From assembly GCA_031416315.1 (NCBI GenBank), contig JANOTL010000203.1, positions 1 through 48,436 of the forward strand: a DNA stretch of 48,436 nucleotides, written 5' to 3'. Both the position numbers and the translations under genes were made by a program. Under the pieces are notes generated by a model. It had not been told where the DNA came from, did no database searches, and saw nothing but the letters and a program-made list of their open reading frames with translations. Of the stretch, positions 1 through 10,207 are shown piece by piece; the stretch's first letter is position 1; every line of letters starts with the position of its first letter. This stretch comes from Pseudomonadota bacterium (GTDB lineage Bacteria > Bdellovibrionota_B > Oligoflexia > Oligoflexales > CAIYRB01).

Positions 1-1016
<1,016 letters not shown>

Positions 1017-1177
1017 GCGCCGTCGACTCTCTACCTGGAAGAACCAAAGTTGTGTTTCCTCGGAAGCAGAACTTGATGTTCCAAGTAGAGCTGAATAGAC
1101 GAATTAGGGAGTGCTCGAAGATTCGGCGCACTTCGTTAAGGTTGTAATCAAATTCAGTTGAGCAAAGAAATACAGTT

Positions 1178-1293
<116 letters not shown>

Positions 1294-1294
1294 T

Positions 1295-1339
1295 AAAAAA
1301 TAAACGCCCAGGAATTCGTTCCTGGGCGTTTATATTTTT
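1295..1339. terminator. Bidirectional intrinsic terminator (rRNA operon and convergent lipoprotein gene)
   Basis: Stem TAAACGCCCAGGAA-TTCG-TTCCTGGGCGTTTA, with an A-tract on the left and a T-tract on the right. Confidence 0.9.
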
Positions 1340-1354
1340 GGCGTTTTTTTGCGG

Positions 1355-2029
1355 TCAGTTGTTCGTACGGGTGATGCAGCCGTAGACGAATTTCTCTTTC
1401 TCTTCCTGGCTCAACCCCTCGCCGCCGGACCCCCCGTAGCAGCCCGTGAGCGCTTGGCCGTTGACGATCTTTCCGTCGACGCACTTGAACTCTTGGCCGT
1501 CCGGCGGAACCAGGATCTGCGCGACGATGAGCGACTTGTCGGCGCTCTGACCGCAGCTGATCATCTTGCCGCCCTTTTCTTTGTGGCTCTGGAGCCTCGC
1601 GGTCGGCTGAATGCCAACCGCTTCGAGCGCACCGAACATCCCGTCCCAAGTACATTCGTAATCGGCGGCGCGCATGTCTTGGCACTCTTTGAGGTCGAAG
1701 TTGTAGGTGCGGCCAGCTTGGATGCAGGCACCAGCTTCACCGCCGGGGTTGTAATTGACCTTATCCCCTTCGATGCAGTTGACCGGGATTTTGCCGTTGC
1801 TCTCACCCGGTGGCACTTTGGGGTCGCCTCCGCCAGTTCCCGTCGGCGAGCCCGGGCCTTTGGTCGCATCGTCGTCATCGTCTCCGGCTTTTGGCGTGCC
1901 TGAGCCGGTCTCCTTGGCCTTTGTTCCGTTCGAGCTCTTGAAGTCACTGTCGTTGCACGCGACGACAACGGCGGCGAAGCTGATCGCCAGGGCGAGGCCG
2001 GGCAGCCGATGCAAAGAGGTGCTCCTCAT
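1355..2029 (-). CDS. Hypothetical Cys-rich lipoprotein (224 aa)
   Basis: Signal peptide ending VVA-C, low-complexity G/D/T/P linker, 8 further Cys; sigma28-like promoter upstream. Confidence 0.85.
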   Translation of the reverse strand: MRSTSLHRLPGLALAISFAAVVVACNDSDFKSSNGTKAKETGSGTPKAGDDDDDATKGPGSPTGTGGGDPKVPPGESNGKIPVNCIEGDKVNYNPGGEAGACIQAGRTYNFDLKECQDMRAADYECTWDGMFGALEAVGIQPTARLQSHKEKGGKMISCGQSADKSLIVAQILVPPDGQEFKCVDGKIVNGQALTGCYGGSGGEGLSQEEKEKFVYGCITRTNN

Positions 2030-2074
2030 CCAACGATCTCCGATTCGAACGCTCGATATATGTCACTGCGCTCG

Positions 2075-2101
2075 TTATCGGCAGGCCGGTTAAAAACTTG
2101 A
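2075..2101 (-). promoter_or_regulatory. sigma28 (FliA)-type promoter
   Basis: Minus strand TCAAG-N14-GCCGATAA, an exact FliA -10 consensus, 45 nt before the ATG at 2029. Confidence 0.75.
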
Positions 2102-2177
2102 GAGTCGGGCAAAACGGCTTTTCTTTTAGTCGGTTCAGTGGGTAAATCGAAGGTCTTGAGAAACCAAAGGAGGCATC

Positions 2178-2582
2178 ATGAGAGCGATTCGCTTGGCGCT
2201 GGCATTGAGCACACTAGCCATGCCGGCCTTGGCCGAGGACACGAAGCAAGAGACCCTGAAGGCAACCGTCGTCGAGGAGCCGGCGAAGGCGGCTCCCGAG
2301 AGCAAGCCGACTCAAGCCTCGGGCGTCGCCACGGACACCGGCGCGGCCGATTTCTCCAACACCGTCTGCACCCAAGGAACGAACAAGAGGCTCGTCGAGC
2401 TGAGCTCGGGTGACTCCGCCAACAAGAAACCCTGCGAAGTCCACTATAAGAAGGAAACAGAGCAGCCGGGTCACGACCAGGTGCTTTGGACGTCGGGCGG
2501 CAACGCGAGCTTCTGCCATATGAAAGCGAAGGAGTTCGTCCAGAAGCTTTCTGGTTGGGGCTGGAGCTGCGCCAAGTTGTGA
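2178..2582 (+). CDS. Secreted hypothetical protein (134 aa, 4 Cys)
   Basis: AAGGAGG RBS; Sec signal ending ALA; C-terminal CEVHYKKE...VLW...FC..KA.EFVQKL..WGWSC domain. Confidence 0.88.
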   Translation: MRAIRLALALSTLAMPALAEDTKQETLKATVVEEPAKAAPESKPTQASGVATDTGAADFSNTVCTQGTNKRLVELSSGDSANKKPCEVHYKKETEQPGHDQVLWTSGGNASFCHMKAKEFVQKLSGWGWSCAKL

Positions 2583-2614
2583 GGTGATGCCGCTAAGTGC
2601 GGCAGGATGCCAGG

Positions 2615-2652
2615 AGACCGGACTTCGTCGGACACGACGAGGGCCGGTTTTT
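2615..2652 (+). terminator. Intrinsic terminator
   Basis: Hairpin ACCGG..TTCGTCG-GACA-CGACGAG..CCGGT followed by a T-run. Confidence 0.65.
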
Positions 2653-2740
2653 CATTTCCGGGAGAATCTGGGACAATGGGGGAAAGCCTTTCCTCGCTCA
2701 TTTGCATCCCCGCCCTCGCTCTTCTCCTAGGAGGACCCGC

Positions 2741-3685
2741 ATGGTCCGCGGCATTCGCGCGTGCATCGTTGTGCTCGTTTCCTCCATCGCCAGCCTTTTC
2801 GGCGCGGACGCCGTACACGCGGCGACGCAGCGGGTCATGACCCTGCCAACGCCTGCCGGGCTCGAGGCGGACGTGAAGTTCTGGGAGAAGGTGTTCTCGA
2901 AGTATCGGCCGGATCAGTGCGTTTTTCATGACCGGGAAGATCTGAGCATCATCTATGCCGTGAAGACGCTTCCAGGCGCGACACCCGAGGCCCAACGTCG
3001 AATGGTTCCGCGTTATGTCGACGCCATTAGAAAGGCGATGCTGCACCTGTCGCTAGGGGGAGCGCCGCGAAACCTGATCGAAAAGCGGATTCTCGCAGTC
3101 TCCCCGGAAGAGGCGCGTGAGGATCGGCACTACTTCGTCGCGGCGGCCGAGAATGTACGCTGTCAGCAGGGGGTTGATCTCCTCGGAAGCATCGCCCGCT
3201 CAAGGCAGCACGTCGCGATGATCAAAAAGGTGCTGAAGGACCGGTCGCTGCCGCCGGACCTGGCCTACCTGCCCCACCTCGAGAGCGGCTTTCGCACGTC
3301 AATCAGCTCCCACGCAGGGGCCCGGGGACTTTGGCAGCTAATGCCGGCGACTGCGCGTCAGGCGGGCTTGAAGGTGACGCGGAAGGTCGATCAAAGGATC
3401 GACGTGCGCAAGGCGACCGTCGTCGCGGCCCGGCTTTTGTCGGATTTGCACGTCCGGACCGGCGGATCATGGCCTTTGGCGGTGACGGCCTACAACTACG
3501 GACCGAACGGAATCTCGCGGGCGATCGACATTTATGGGCGCGATTACATGCGGATTCGCGAGAACCATCGGACGCGGATCTTCGGATTTGCGGCGAAGAA
3601 CTACTATCCGAGCTTCCTCGCGGTACGGAATGTCGCTTCCGCCTATGAAAACGGGCAACTGGCGTTGAACGAGGCGCGCAACTAA
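2741..3685 (+). CDS. Lytic transglycosylase, SLT domain (MltD-like, no LysM)
   Basis: Motifs ESGF, GLWQLMPATA, AYNYG; start placed at ATG 2741 behind AGGAGG; N-terminal signal. Confidence 0.92.
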   Translation: MVRGIRACIVVLVSSIASLFGADAVHAATQRVMTLPTPAGLEADVKFWEKVFSKYRPDQCVFHDREDLSIIYAVKTLPGATPEAQRRMVPRYVDAIRKAMLHLSLGGAPRNLIEKRILAVSPEEAREDRHYFVAAAENVRCQQGVDLLGSIARSRQHVAMIKKVLKDRSLPPDLAYLPHLESGFRTSISSHAGARGLWQLMPATARQAGLKVTRKVDQRIDVRKATVVAARLLSDLHVRTGGSWPLAVTAYNYGPNGISRAIDIYGRDYMRIRENHRTRIFGFAAKNYYPSFLAVRNVASAYENGQLALNEARN

Positions 3686-3699
3686 GGAAGAATGGGGCG

Positions 3700-4908
3700 G
3701 TGGAACGCCTTCCCCTCGCTCTCGCGCTCTTGATTTTGCCGCTCGCCGTTGCCGGTCACAACATTGGCGCGGGCGTGTACTCGCTCATATTGCTCGTGCA
3801 GATCTTTCTGCGACGGAGCGCGCGGCCTTGGCGCGAGCTTTGGGCCGAGTTCAAAGTGCCGATGGGTCTCAGCGTCGCCTACGTGCTTTGGGGGATGATC
3901 GCGAGCGCGCTGAATCCGGCGGCGCCGGCGTTTCTCGGCGGCTCGTTCGCCGCAGGGTACGTCTACTGGATCGTGTTGCCGCCGCTCATGTTTATGGCGC
4001 AGGCGCGGCTCGATGCAAAGGGAGCGCGGGTCCTCGAGCTCGTGCTGGCGATCGTGGTCGCGGTGATGGGAAGCGTGGCCGTGGCGCAGGCGATTTTCGG
4101 ATTCAAGCTGTCCGGCGCGCACTTCGTGCCGTCGATCAAGCGAGCGCAGGGATTCTATTCGCATCCGCTAACGTTCGCTTATGTTTGCCTCTTCTTCGTC
4201 CCGGTCGGATGGCTGCGTGCGCTGCGCTCGCCAAAGGATCCGGTGGGATGGTTGATCACGTGCGGCGCCTTGGCAGCGGTGTACGCAAGTCAGTCGCGGA
4301 TCGTGCAGGCGGCGACGGTGATCTGGATGTTGGCGCAGGCCTTGATCTCGGCGCGCGGGAGGTCTCGAGTAATCGCCCTCGTCGTGATGGGGTTGTTGGC
4401 GACGGCGGCGTTATCCACCGAGAACCGAATGCGACATCGGTTCCTGCAGACGCTGAAAGGGCCGTACGACGCAAAGAGCGCTTACGCCGACGATCGGCTG
4501 GCCTTTTGGGACGTGCATCGGACGATGTTCCTTGAGCGGCCGATCTTGGGGCACGGCGAGAATCTGAACACCGCGTACCGGACGAAGTACTACGAGGCGC
4601 TCGGCCTGGGAGACTTCGAGCGAAAGTACGAAGCTCACAATACGTACCTGCAGATGGCCGTGAACGGGGGCCTCGTCGGCTTGGGGCTGTTTCTCGCGTG
4701 GTTTGCGTGGCACTTTCGCCGGGCCTGGAGGCTGTCGCGCGAGTCGTACGGGGCCAAGGTCGCGTTGAATTGCATGATCCTTCTGGCGTTTGCGTCGCTG
4801 ACTCAGAATTCCGTACAGGATAGCGAGGTGCGCTATGCGCTCACTCTGTTGATTGCCGCGCTGTGGCTGACGCCCGGGGCGTTTGGGCCGTCGGCACCGA
4901 CGAGGTAA
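3700..4908 (+). CDS. O-antigen ligase / Wzy_C-family membrane protein
   Basis: Many TM segments; RAQGFYSHP, SQSR, R..FW, PILGHG, AHNTYLQ motifs. Confidence 0.9.
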   Translation: MERLPLALALLILPLAVAGHNIGAGVYSLILLVQIFLRRSARPWRELWAEFKVPMGLSVAYVLWGMIASALNPAAPAFLGGSFAAGYVYWIVLPPLMFMAQARLDAKGARVLELVLAIVVAVMGSVAVAQAIFGFKLSGAHFVPSIKRAQGFYSHPLTFAYVCLFFVPVGWLRALRSPKDPVGWLITCGALAAVYASQSRIVQAATVIWMLAQALISARGRSRVIALVVMGLLATAALSTENRMRHRFLQTLKGPYDAKSAYADDRLAFWDVHRTMFLERPILGHGENLNTAYRTKYYEALGLGDFERKYEAHNTYLQMAVNGGLVGLGLFLAWFAWHFRRAWRLSRESYGAKVALNCMILLAFASLTQNSVQDSEVRYALTLLIAALWLTPGAFGPSAPTR

Positions 4909-5007
4909 TCGCGTCGGGCCTCGAGCGACGTCAAATGTCGCTGGTCGCTGCGCGGAAACATCCTATAATGAGGCCATCACGACGCAAAGCCTTGCTGGGA
5001 GGGACTC

Positions 5008-6060
5008 ATGCTCCGTTGGAACCAAGTACTGGGATCGCTGACGGCCGTCAGTCTCGCCGTGGTCGGCGTCAGCTGCAACGAGCGAGGCGAGATGGGTGGG
5101 CCGCAGGCGACGCGGCGCGACGCATTCCGGGGGCCGATTCCGGCGGATTTCCGCAATACGACGGACGCCGCGGCGTTCGGCTTGGCGGCGGGGACCGAAG
5201 GAGCGCGGTTGGATCGGGCATTGAAAGCGTTTCAGGTCAGCGCGCTCGGTGGAGCGACCCTGACCGAGACGGCGAGTGACTTGCCGCAAGTGGCGCGTTG
5301 CGCGTCGGTGACCGCATTGGCGGGTGGTTTCGTCGATGCACGCTCGGCCTCGGCCTTGCAGAATGCGCCGATCTCGCAGCTGGCGCTTTACGACGGGCAG
5401 TCGTGCGCGTCGGTGCTGGCTCGGGCGGGAATCGCATTTCCGTCGGTGGCGTCGGCCCTGCAAAGTCAGCTTCAGGGACTTTCGAGCTTCGGCTTGGGCG
5501 AAGACAACTGCACGACGACCACCATCGATGACGAGCGGTCGGACACGCATGCCGTCCGCTACGAGCTCGAGAGACGGCCGGCGGCGAGTGGGGCGTATTT
5601 GGCGGCGTTCGACGTTCCGGTGTTTTCGGCCGGGCTCGAAGGCGGTAGCAATGGCGCGCAGCTGGCGCTCTCGTCCGAGGTCGAGTTGAAGGCGCGCGGA
5701 AAAGAGCGGAGCCTCTATCAGTGGGCCGGATTGGCCTCCGTCGTCGATTCGGCGGCTGCGCTCGTGACCAGCCGACGGGGAGACTCCTGGGAAGAGGGTT
5801 CCGCGCGGGTCACGCGGCAGGCAGCGTTGACGTTCAGCTACGGGGATGTGCCGCGGCTGGAGGAAACCACTCGGACGACGATCGATCAGGGGACGGCGGA
5901 GCCGCGGATCGTCACGGCGAAGGCCGTGGCTGTGGTCGGCGAGAATGGGATCGACGTCTCGCTCGAGACGCAGGACGTGGGCCGGAGCGGCTCGGCGAGG
6001 TTCCGGCTGGTGAGCGTCGACGGCGTGGCTGGAACGAGCTGCGTGGTCGACGCGCAATAG
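5008..6060 (+). CDS. Hypothetical lipoprotein (350 aa)
   Basis: GGAGGG RBS, TATAAT at 4964-4969, signal peptide ending GVS-C, beta-rich C-terminal half. Confidence 0.8.
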   Translation: MLRWNQVLGSLTAVSLAVVGVSCNERGEMGGPQATRRDAFRGPIPADFRNTTDAAAFGLAAGTEGARLDRALKAFQVSALGGATLTETASDLPQVARCASVTALAGGFVDARSASALQNAPISQLALYDGQSCASVLARAGIAFPSVASALQSQLQGLSSFGLGEDNCTTTTIDDERSDTHAVRYELERRPAASGAYLAAFDVPVFSAGLEGGSNGAQLALSSEVELKARGKERSLYQWAGLASVVDSAAALVTSRRGDSWEEGSARVTRQAALTFSYGDVPRLEETTRTTIDQGTAEPRIVTAKAVAVVGENGIDVSLETQDVGRSGSARFRLVSVDGVAGTSCVVDAQ

Positions 6061-6092
6061 CGCCGACGAATGCCGCTAGGACCCGGTCACGC

Positions 6093-6123
6093 AAAACGCG
6101 CATCGCTGAAAAGCGGTGCGCGT
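6093..6123. terminator. Terminator hairpin between convergent genes
   Basis: AAAACGCGCATCGC-TGAAAA-GCGGTGCGCGT. Confidence 0.6.
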
Positions 6124-6145
6124 GGTCGCGGCGTGAGGACGGCCG

Positions 6146-7960
6146 CTATTCGTCGATTTGGAGGATGGCCATGAAGGCGTCCTGGGGGATCTCGACCTTA
6201 CCGACCGACTTCATGCGCTTCTTGCCCTCCTTCTGCTTGTCGAGGAGCTTGCGCTTGCGGCTGGCGTCGCCGCCGTAGCACTTCGCGGTCACGTCCTTGC
6301 GCATGGCGCCGACGGACTCGCGGGCCAGGATCTTGGCGCCGATCGAGGCTTGGATGGCGATGTTAAACATCTGGCGGGGCAGGATGTCCTTCAGCTTCTT
6401 GCAGAGAATGCGGCCGCGATTGGCCGCGGAAGCGCGGTGGACGATGCAGGAGAGGGCATCGACCGGGTCGCCGTTGACGAGGATGTCCATTTTCACGAGG
6501 TCGCCCTCGCGGTAGTCGACGACTTCGTAGTCCATCGAGGCATAACCGCGGGAGATCGACTTCAGCTTGTCGTGGAAGTCGAAGATCATCTCGTTCATCG
6601 GCAGTTCGTACGTGATCTTCACGCGCTTCGCCGTGAGATAGTCGAGGCCCTTTTGCACGCCGCGGCGCTCAGTGAGGAGCTTGAGGAGGCCCCCGATGAA
6701 CTCTTCCGGCGTATGAATCGTCATCCGGACGTAGGGCTCGTCGATGCGCAGGAGCTTGGCCGGGTCCGGCATGCGCGAAGGGTTCTCGATCTTCTCTTCT
6801 TTGTTGTCCGTGTCGACGACGTGATAGACGACCGTCGGCGCCGTGAAGATCAGCTCCATGTTGTATTCGCGCTCGAGCCGCTCCTGGACGATGTCCATGT
6901 GGAGAAGGCCGAGGAAGCCGCAGCGGAAGCCCATGCCGAGGGCGTTCGAGCTCTCGACCTCGAAGGTGAGCGCGGCGTCGTTCATCTGGAGCTTCTCCAG
7001 GGACTCGCGCAGGACCATGTACTCGCTGGTGTCGATCGGGAAGATGCCGCCGAAAACCATCTGGCGCGCGGGTTTGAAGCCGCCGAGCGCGGTGGGCGAA
7101 GGGCGGGCGGCGTCGGTGATGGTGTCGCCGACGCGGGTCTCGCCGACCGTCTTGATCGAGCCGGCGACGAAGCCGACCTCGCCCGCGGAGAGCTCCTCGA
7201 CGTCGACTTTACCCGGGACGAGCTTGCCGACTTTCAGGACCTCGAAGTTGTTGCCCGTGTGCATGAACTGCATGCGGGAATTCTTTTTGATGGAGCCGGC
7301 CATGACGCGGATGAGCGAGACGGCGCCCAGGTAGGCGTCGAACCAGCTGTCGAAGATGAGGGCTTGGAGCGGCTCTTCGCGGAGATCGGCCGGCGGCGGG
7401 ATGCGCTCGACGATGGCCTCCAGGATCTCCTCGATGCCGATCCCGGCTTTGGCGCTGGCGAGGATGGCGCCGCTGGTGTCGATCGCGAGCTCTTCCTCGA
7501 CTTCGGCTTTGACGCGCTCGGGCTCTGCGGAAGGGAGATCGATCTTGTTGATCACGGGAATCAGCGTCAGGTCGTTCTGCATCGCCATCATGACGTTAGC
7601 GACTGTCTGTGCTTCGACGCCCTGGCTAGCGTCGACGACGACGAGGGCGCCTTCGCAGGCGGCGAGGCTACGCGAGACCTCGTAGCTAAAGTCGACGTGT
7701 CCAGGCGTGTCGATCAAGTTGAAGAGGTAGGTGTTCCCGTCCTTCGCCTTGTAGGCCATCGAGCAGGTCTGGGCTTTGATCGTGATGCCGCGCTCGCGCT
7801 CGATGTCCATGCTGTCGAGAATCTGGTTCCCGCCGGCGATGTTCATCTCGCGCTGACTCAAGGTCCCGGTGAACTCGATGATGCGGTCGGCGAGAGTCGA
7901 CTTGCCGTGGTCGATGTGGGCGATGATGCAGAAATTGCGAATAAACTTGGGATCTTGCAT
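6146..7960 (-). CDS. lepA: Elongation factor 4 (LepA)
   Basis: [66 protein letters not shown]. Confidence 0.99.
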   Translation of the reverse strand: MQDPKFIRNFCIIAHIDHGKSTLADRIIEFTGTLSQREMNIAGGNQILDSMDIERERGITIKAQTCSMAYKAKDGNTYLFNLIDTPGHVDFSYEVSRSLAACEGALVVVDASQGVEAQTVANVMMAMQNDLTLIPVINKIDLPSAEPERVKAEVEEELAIDTSGAILASAKAGIGIEEILEAIVERIPPPADLREEPLQALIFDSWFDAYLGAVSLIRVMAGSIKKNSRMQFMHTGNNFEVLKVGKLVPGKVDVEELSAGEVGFVAGSIKTVGETRVGDTITDAARPSPTALGGFKPARQMVFGGIFPIDTSEYMVLRESLEKLQMNDAALTFEVESSNALGMGFRCGFLGLLHMDIVQERLEREYNMELIFTAPTVVYHVVDTDNKEEKIENPSRMPDPAKLLRIDEPYVRMTIHTPEEFIGGLLKLLTERRGVQKGLDYLTAKRVKITYELPMNEMIFDFHDKLKSISRGYASMDYEVVDYREGDLVKMDILVNGDPVDALSCIVHRASAANRGRILCKKLKDILPRQMFNIAIQASIGAKILARESVGAMRKDVTAKCYGGDASRKRKLLDKQKEGKKRMKSVGKVEIPQDAFMAILQIDE

Positions 7961-8035
7961 CGAGGCGTCACACCTAAGCTCAGTGGATGGGAAAAGTATG
8001 CCGAAGCCGGACGAGGAAGAGTTTTATACCCCAGA

Positions 8036-8419
8036 ATGCGCCTCGGGAGCCAGTTACAAGTGTTTGGAGCCAGCGTCTTCAGTCTGAGAAAACCGGTGCT
8101 TACGCTGCTCGTTGCGGCGCTGGCGGCGGTCGGCTGCGCCAGCGCGTCCGAAGACGGGGCGGGTCTGGTCGGCGAGACGCATTACATCCTGAAGCTCGGG
8201 CCCGTTAAAAAACATCCGAAGCCCTTGCCCGATGAGACGCCGATCCTGGTCGAGCGCTTTTTGGCCGAGGGCGGCAAGAGCATCACCGAAGGTTTCCGCG
8301 GCTGGGACGTCAATGGCGACGGCCGCTTCGAGATGGTCGAAGTGTTGGATGAGAAGGGTGGCGTGCAAGCGCGGCTCTTCGATTTCGACGGCGACGGCCG
8401 GGTCGACGCTCAGAAGTGA
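8036..8419 (+). CDS. Small lipoprotein with two DxD/NGDG Ca2+-binding-type loops (start uncertain, 8036 to about 8096)
   Basis: Real 3' end of shadow ORF 6158..8419; signal ending AVG-C; WDVNGDGRFE and FDFDGDGRVD. Confidence 0.75.
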   Translation: MRLGSQLQVFGASVFSLRKPVLTLLVAALAAVGCASASEDGAGLVGETHYILKLGPVKKHPKPLPDETPILVERFLAEGGKSITEGFRGWDVNGDGRFEMVEVLDEKGGVQARLFDFDGDGRVDAQK

Positions 8420-8553
8420 CGGCCGCCGGTGAAGTCGGTGAGCGGTCCGGGGTGCTTCGCTGACAAGCGCACGTCACGCTCGCGATAAAGGATGTTGTAC
8501 GAGCAGGTGTTCCGGCTTCCGGCGGACTCAATTGACTGGGCTGCATCAGCCAC
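8410..8553 (-). CDS. Putative 47-aa small protein
   Basis: GTG overlaps the end of the upstream gene; mostly G/C third positions in the distal two-thirds (SYNILYRERDVRLSAKHPGPLTDFTGGRHF). Confidence 0.35.
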   Translation of the reverse strand: MADAAQSIESAGSRNTCSYNILYRERDVRLSAKHPGPLTDFTGGRHF

Positions 8554-9412
8554 CACACACTTCGACCCAAATCGTCCGCATGAGTTCCTGCTGCGCAAAT
8601 AGGGGATGCGCGGGGGCGACCGCGAGAGTCAGCACCTGGAGATCGCGCGTGGCCCACACGAAGACGTTCGCCGAGCTGGCGGTCGAAGGGGTCGGCGCGC
8701 CGAGGAAGCTCGCCGGCGAGAGCTTGGGGAACCAGGCGAGCCGATCGACCGAGCCGACCGAGGTGAGGATGACGGTGTCGCTCATCCCGCCTTCCGGCAG
8801 CCCACGCTTCTCGGCGATGCGCAGGATGCGCTCGGCGCCGCGTCGTAGGCCTGAGGCCCACACGCCGCTTTCGCCCGCGGCTAGAGCCGCGAGATCCGGC
8901 GTCGGGAACGGGACGATCATCATCGAGTTGCCGAATCGGTCGCATTTGCTGAGCGCCGAAAGGTCGTCGAGCGCGACCGCCACCGCCCACCGCGTCGCCT
9001 CCGGGAGCTCCAAGCGCTCGAGAAAGGCCGCCGTCAACCGCTGCGTGAAGGTCCGACGAACGGCGTCTACCGGCGCTTTCTCGCGACGCCGCGGAAACCG
9101 CGCCCAGTATTGAAGGATCGCGAAGCCTTCGCAGCGTGTCGCGATCTGGCCCGCATCGGCCTCGCGCCGCGCGCCCGTAACGAAGTCGGCGCCGGTAAGG
9201 AGATGGCAGCAGCCGAACGCGTCGATCGCGGCATGCGGCGCGACGACCCGAAACACGTCGCCGAGCCGCTCGACCGTGCCGCCGTGCGCGACCAAGCCGC
9301 CGAGCGTCTCCAAGTCGAGGGCGTCCTGCCCGCGCGCGTCGCGCACGGGAAACTCGAGGATGCAGCGCGAATCGGCCAGTGCCTTGGCCAGAGGATTTCG
9401 GCGACGCAGCAT
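8546..9412 (-). CDS. Putative CoA-dependent acyltransferase / condensation-domain-like protein
   Basis: HAAIDAFG fits the HxxxD catalytic motif; later FGN and ILTSVG segments resemble the C-lobe motifs of wax-ester-synthase/PapA5-like enzymes. 5' end may be frameshifted. Confidence 0.6.
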   Translation of the reverse strand: MLRRRNPLAKALADSRCILEFPVRDARGQDALDLETLGGLVAHGGTVERLGDVFRVVAPHAAIDAFGCCHLLTGADFVTGARREADAGQIATRCEGFAILQYWARFPRRREKAPVDAVRRTFTQRLTAAFLERLELPEATRWAVAVALDDLSALSKCDRFGNSMMIVPFPTPDLAALAAGESGVWASGLRRGAERILRIAEKRGLPEGGMSDTVILTSVGSVDRLAWFPKLSPASFLGAPTPSTASSANVFVWATRDLQVLTLAVAPAHPLFAQQELMRTIWVEVCGG

Positions 9413-9477
9413 CAAGGGCCGCCGGTGACGGCGGCCGCGATCGCGTGAAGATCGGGGACTGGATTTTCGGCGTCCAT
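9412..9477 (-). CDS. 21-aa upstream peptide, or frameshifted N-terminus of the acyltransferase
   Basis: GGAG 6 nt before ATG; MDAENPVPDLHAIAAAVTGGP; its TGA overlaps the next ATG (TGATG). Confidence 0.4.
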   Translation of the reverse strand: MDAENPVPDLHAIAAAVTGGP

Positions 9478-9679
9478 GAGGCTCTCCGGGGGATTTCCAT
9501 GACGGAGCGCAATTCTAATACAATTTCTAATGATTTTAAACCTGTTATTAGAAGTGACCGCGTCGCCCCTTGGGGAACGAAGGCTTTGCGCCGCAGGCAA
9601 GTCCGCGGAATCTGACGCGATGGCGCAGAATCCAAAGCAAGGCGCCGCCGGCCTCGTTTGTAAATCCGGCCAAGCTGCC

Positions 9680-10207
9680 CTACTGGAGCTTCACGACTTT
9701 CGCTTCGCGCGCGGCCGCTTGGCGAAACGCGAGCGCAGCGTTGTCGGCATCGCGGCGGCTCGTGTAGATCCCGCGGCGCACACGATAGAGCACGTGGCCG
9801 GCTCGGGAGAGCGGTGTGTAATAGGCATCGAGGCCCTTGTCACGCAAGGTCTCGATCAGATCCTCGGCCTGCTGGCGGTCCTCGGTCATGAGAACCTCGA
9901 GCGTGTAGCTCGATTTCGCCGGTCCGGAGGCGGACTTAGACGCCGCCCCGCCGGTCTCGTCGTCCGGAAGGATGCCGATGGCGCTGTAGAAGAAGCCGTC
10001 CTCGCCCTCGGCCGCCGGGGCGGAGGCCTTGTCCGCCTTGGCTTGCGCCGCTTCGGCCGCGACTTTGGCCGCGTCGCCGGAGTCCTTCATCAGCCACCAG
10101 GCGGCCCCGCCCAGGAGCACGAGGAAGACGGCCAAGGCGGCGCCGAGGCGCAGCACGGTCGCGCGCGGTCCAGGCGAGAGTCCCTGAATTTGCGGTCTTT
10201 CCAGCAC
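9680..10207 (-). CDS. SPOR-domain membrane-anchored protein
   Basis: One TM helix, Ala-rich linker, then YTLEV...AEDLIETLRDKGLDAY...LYRVRRGIYTSRRDA. Confidence 0.88.
   Translation of the reverse strand: MLERPQIQGLSPGPRATVLRLGAALAVFLVLLGGAAWWLMKDSGDAAKVAAEAAQAKADKASAPAAEGEDGFFYSAIGILPDDETGGAASKSASGPAKSSYTLEVLMTEDRQQAEDLIETLRDKGLDAYYTPLSRAGHVLYRVRRGIYTSRRDADNAALAFRQAAAREAKVVKLQ

Noticed and set aside
6158..8035. Long antisense ORFs (also 26310..28481, 28512..30131, 10533..12023, 47226..48413 and others)
   Set aside because: Shadow frames produced by high GC3 codon bias opposite well-supported genes; they carry no motifs.
9412..9477. Double-glycine RiPP precursor (ends AVTGG-P)
   Set aside because: Only one residue follows GG, and no C39 peptidase/transporter or RiPP enzymes are nearby.
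8310..9635. 441-aa Arg-rich ORF overlapping the acyltransferase
   Set aside because: Low-complexity R/A/G off-frame product; the overlapping frame carries the recognisable motifs.
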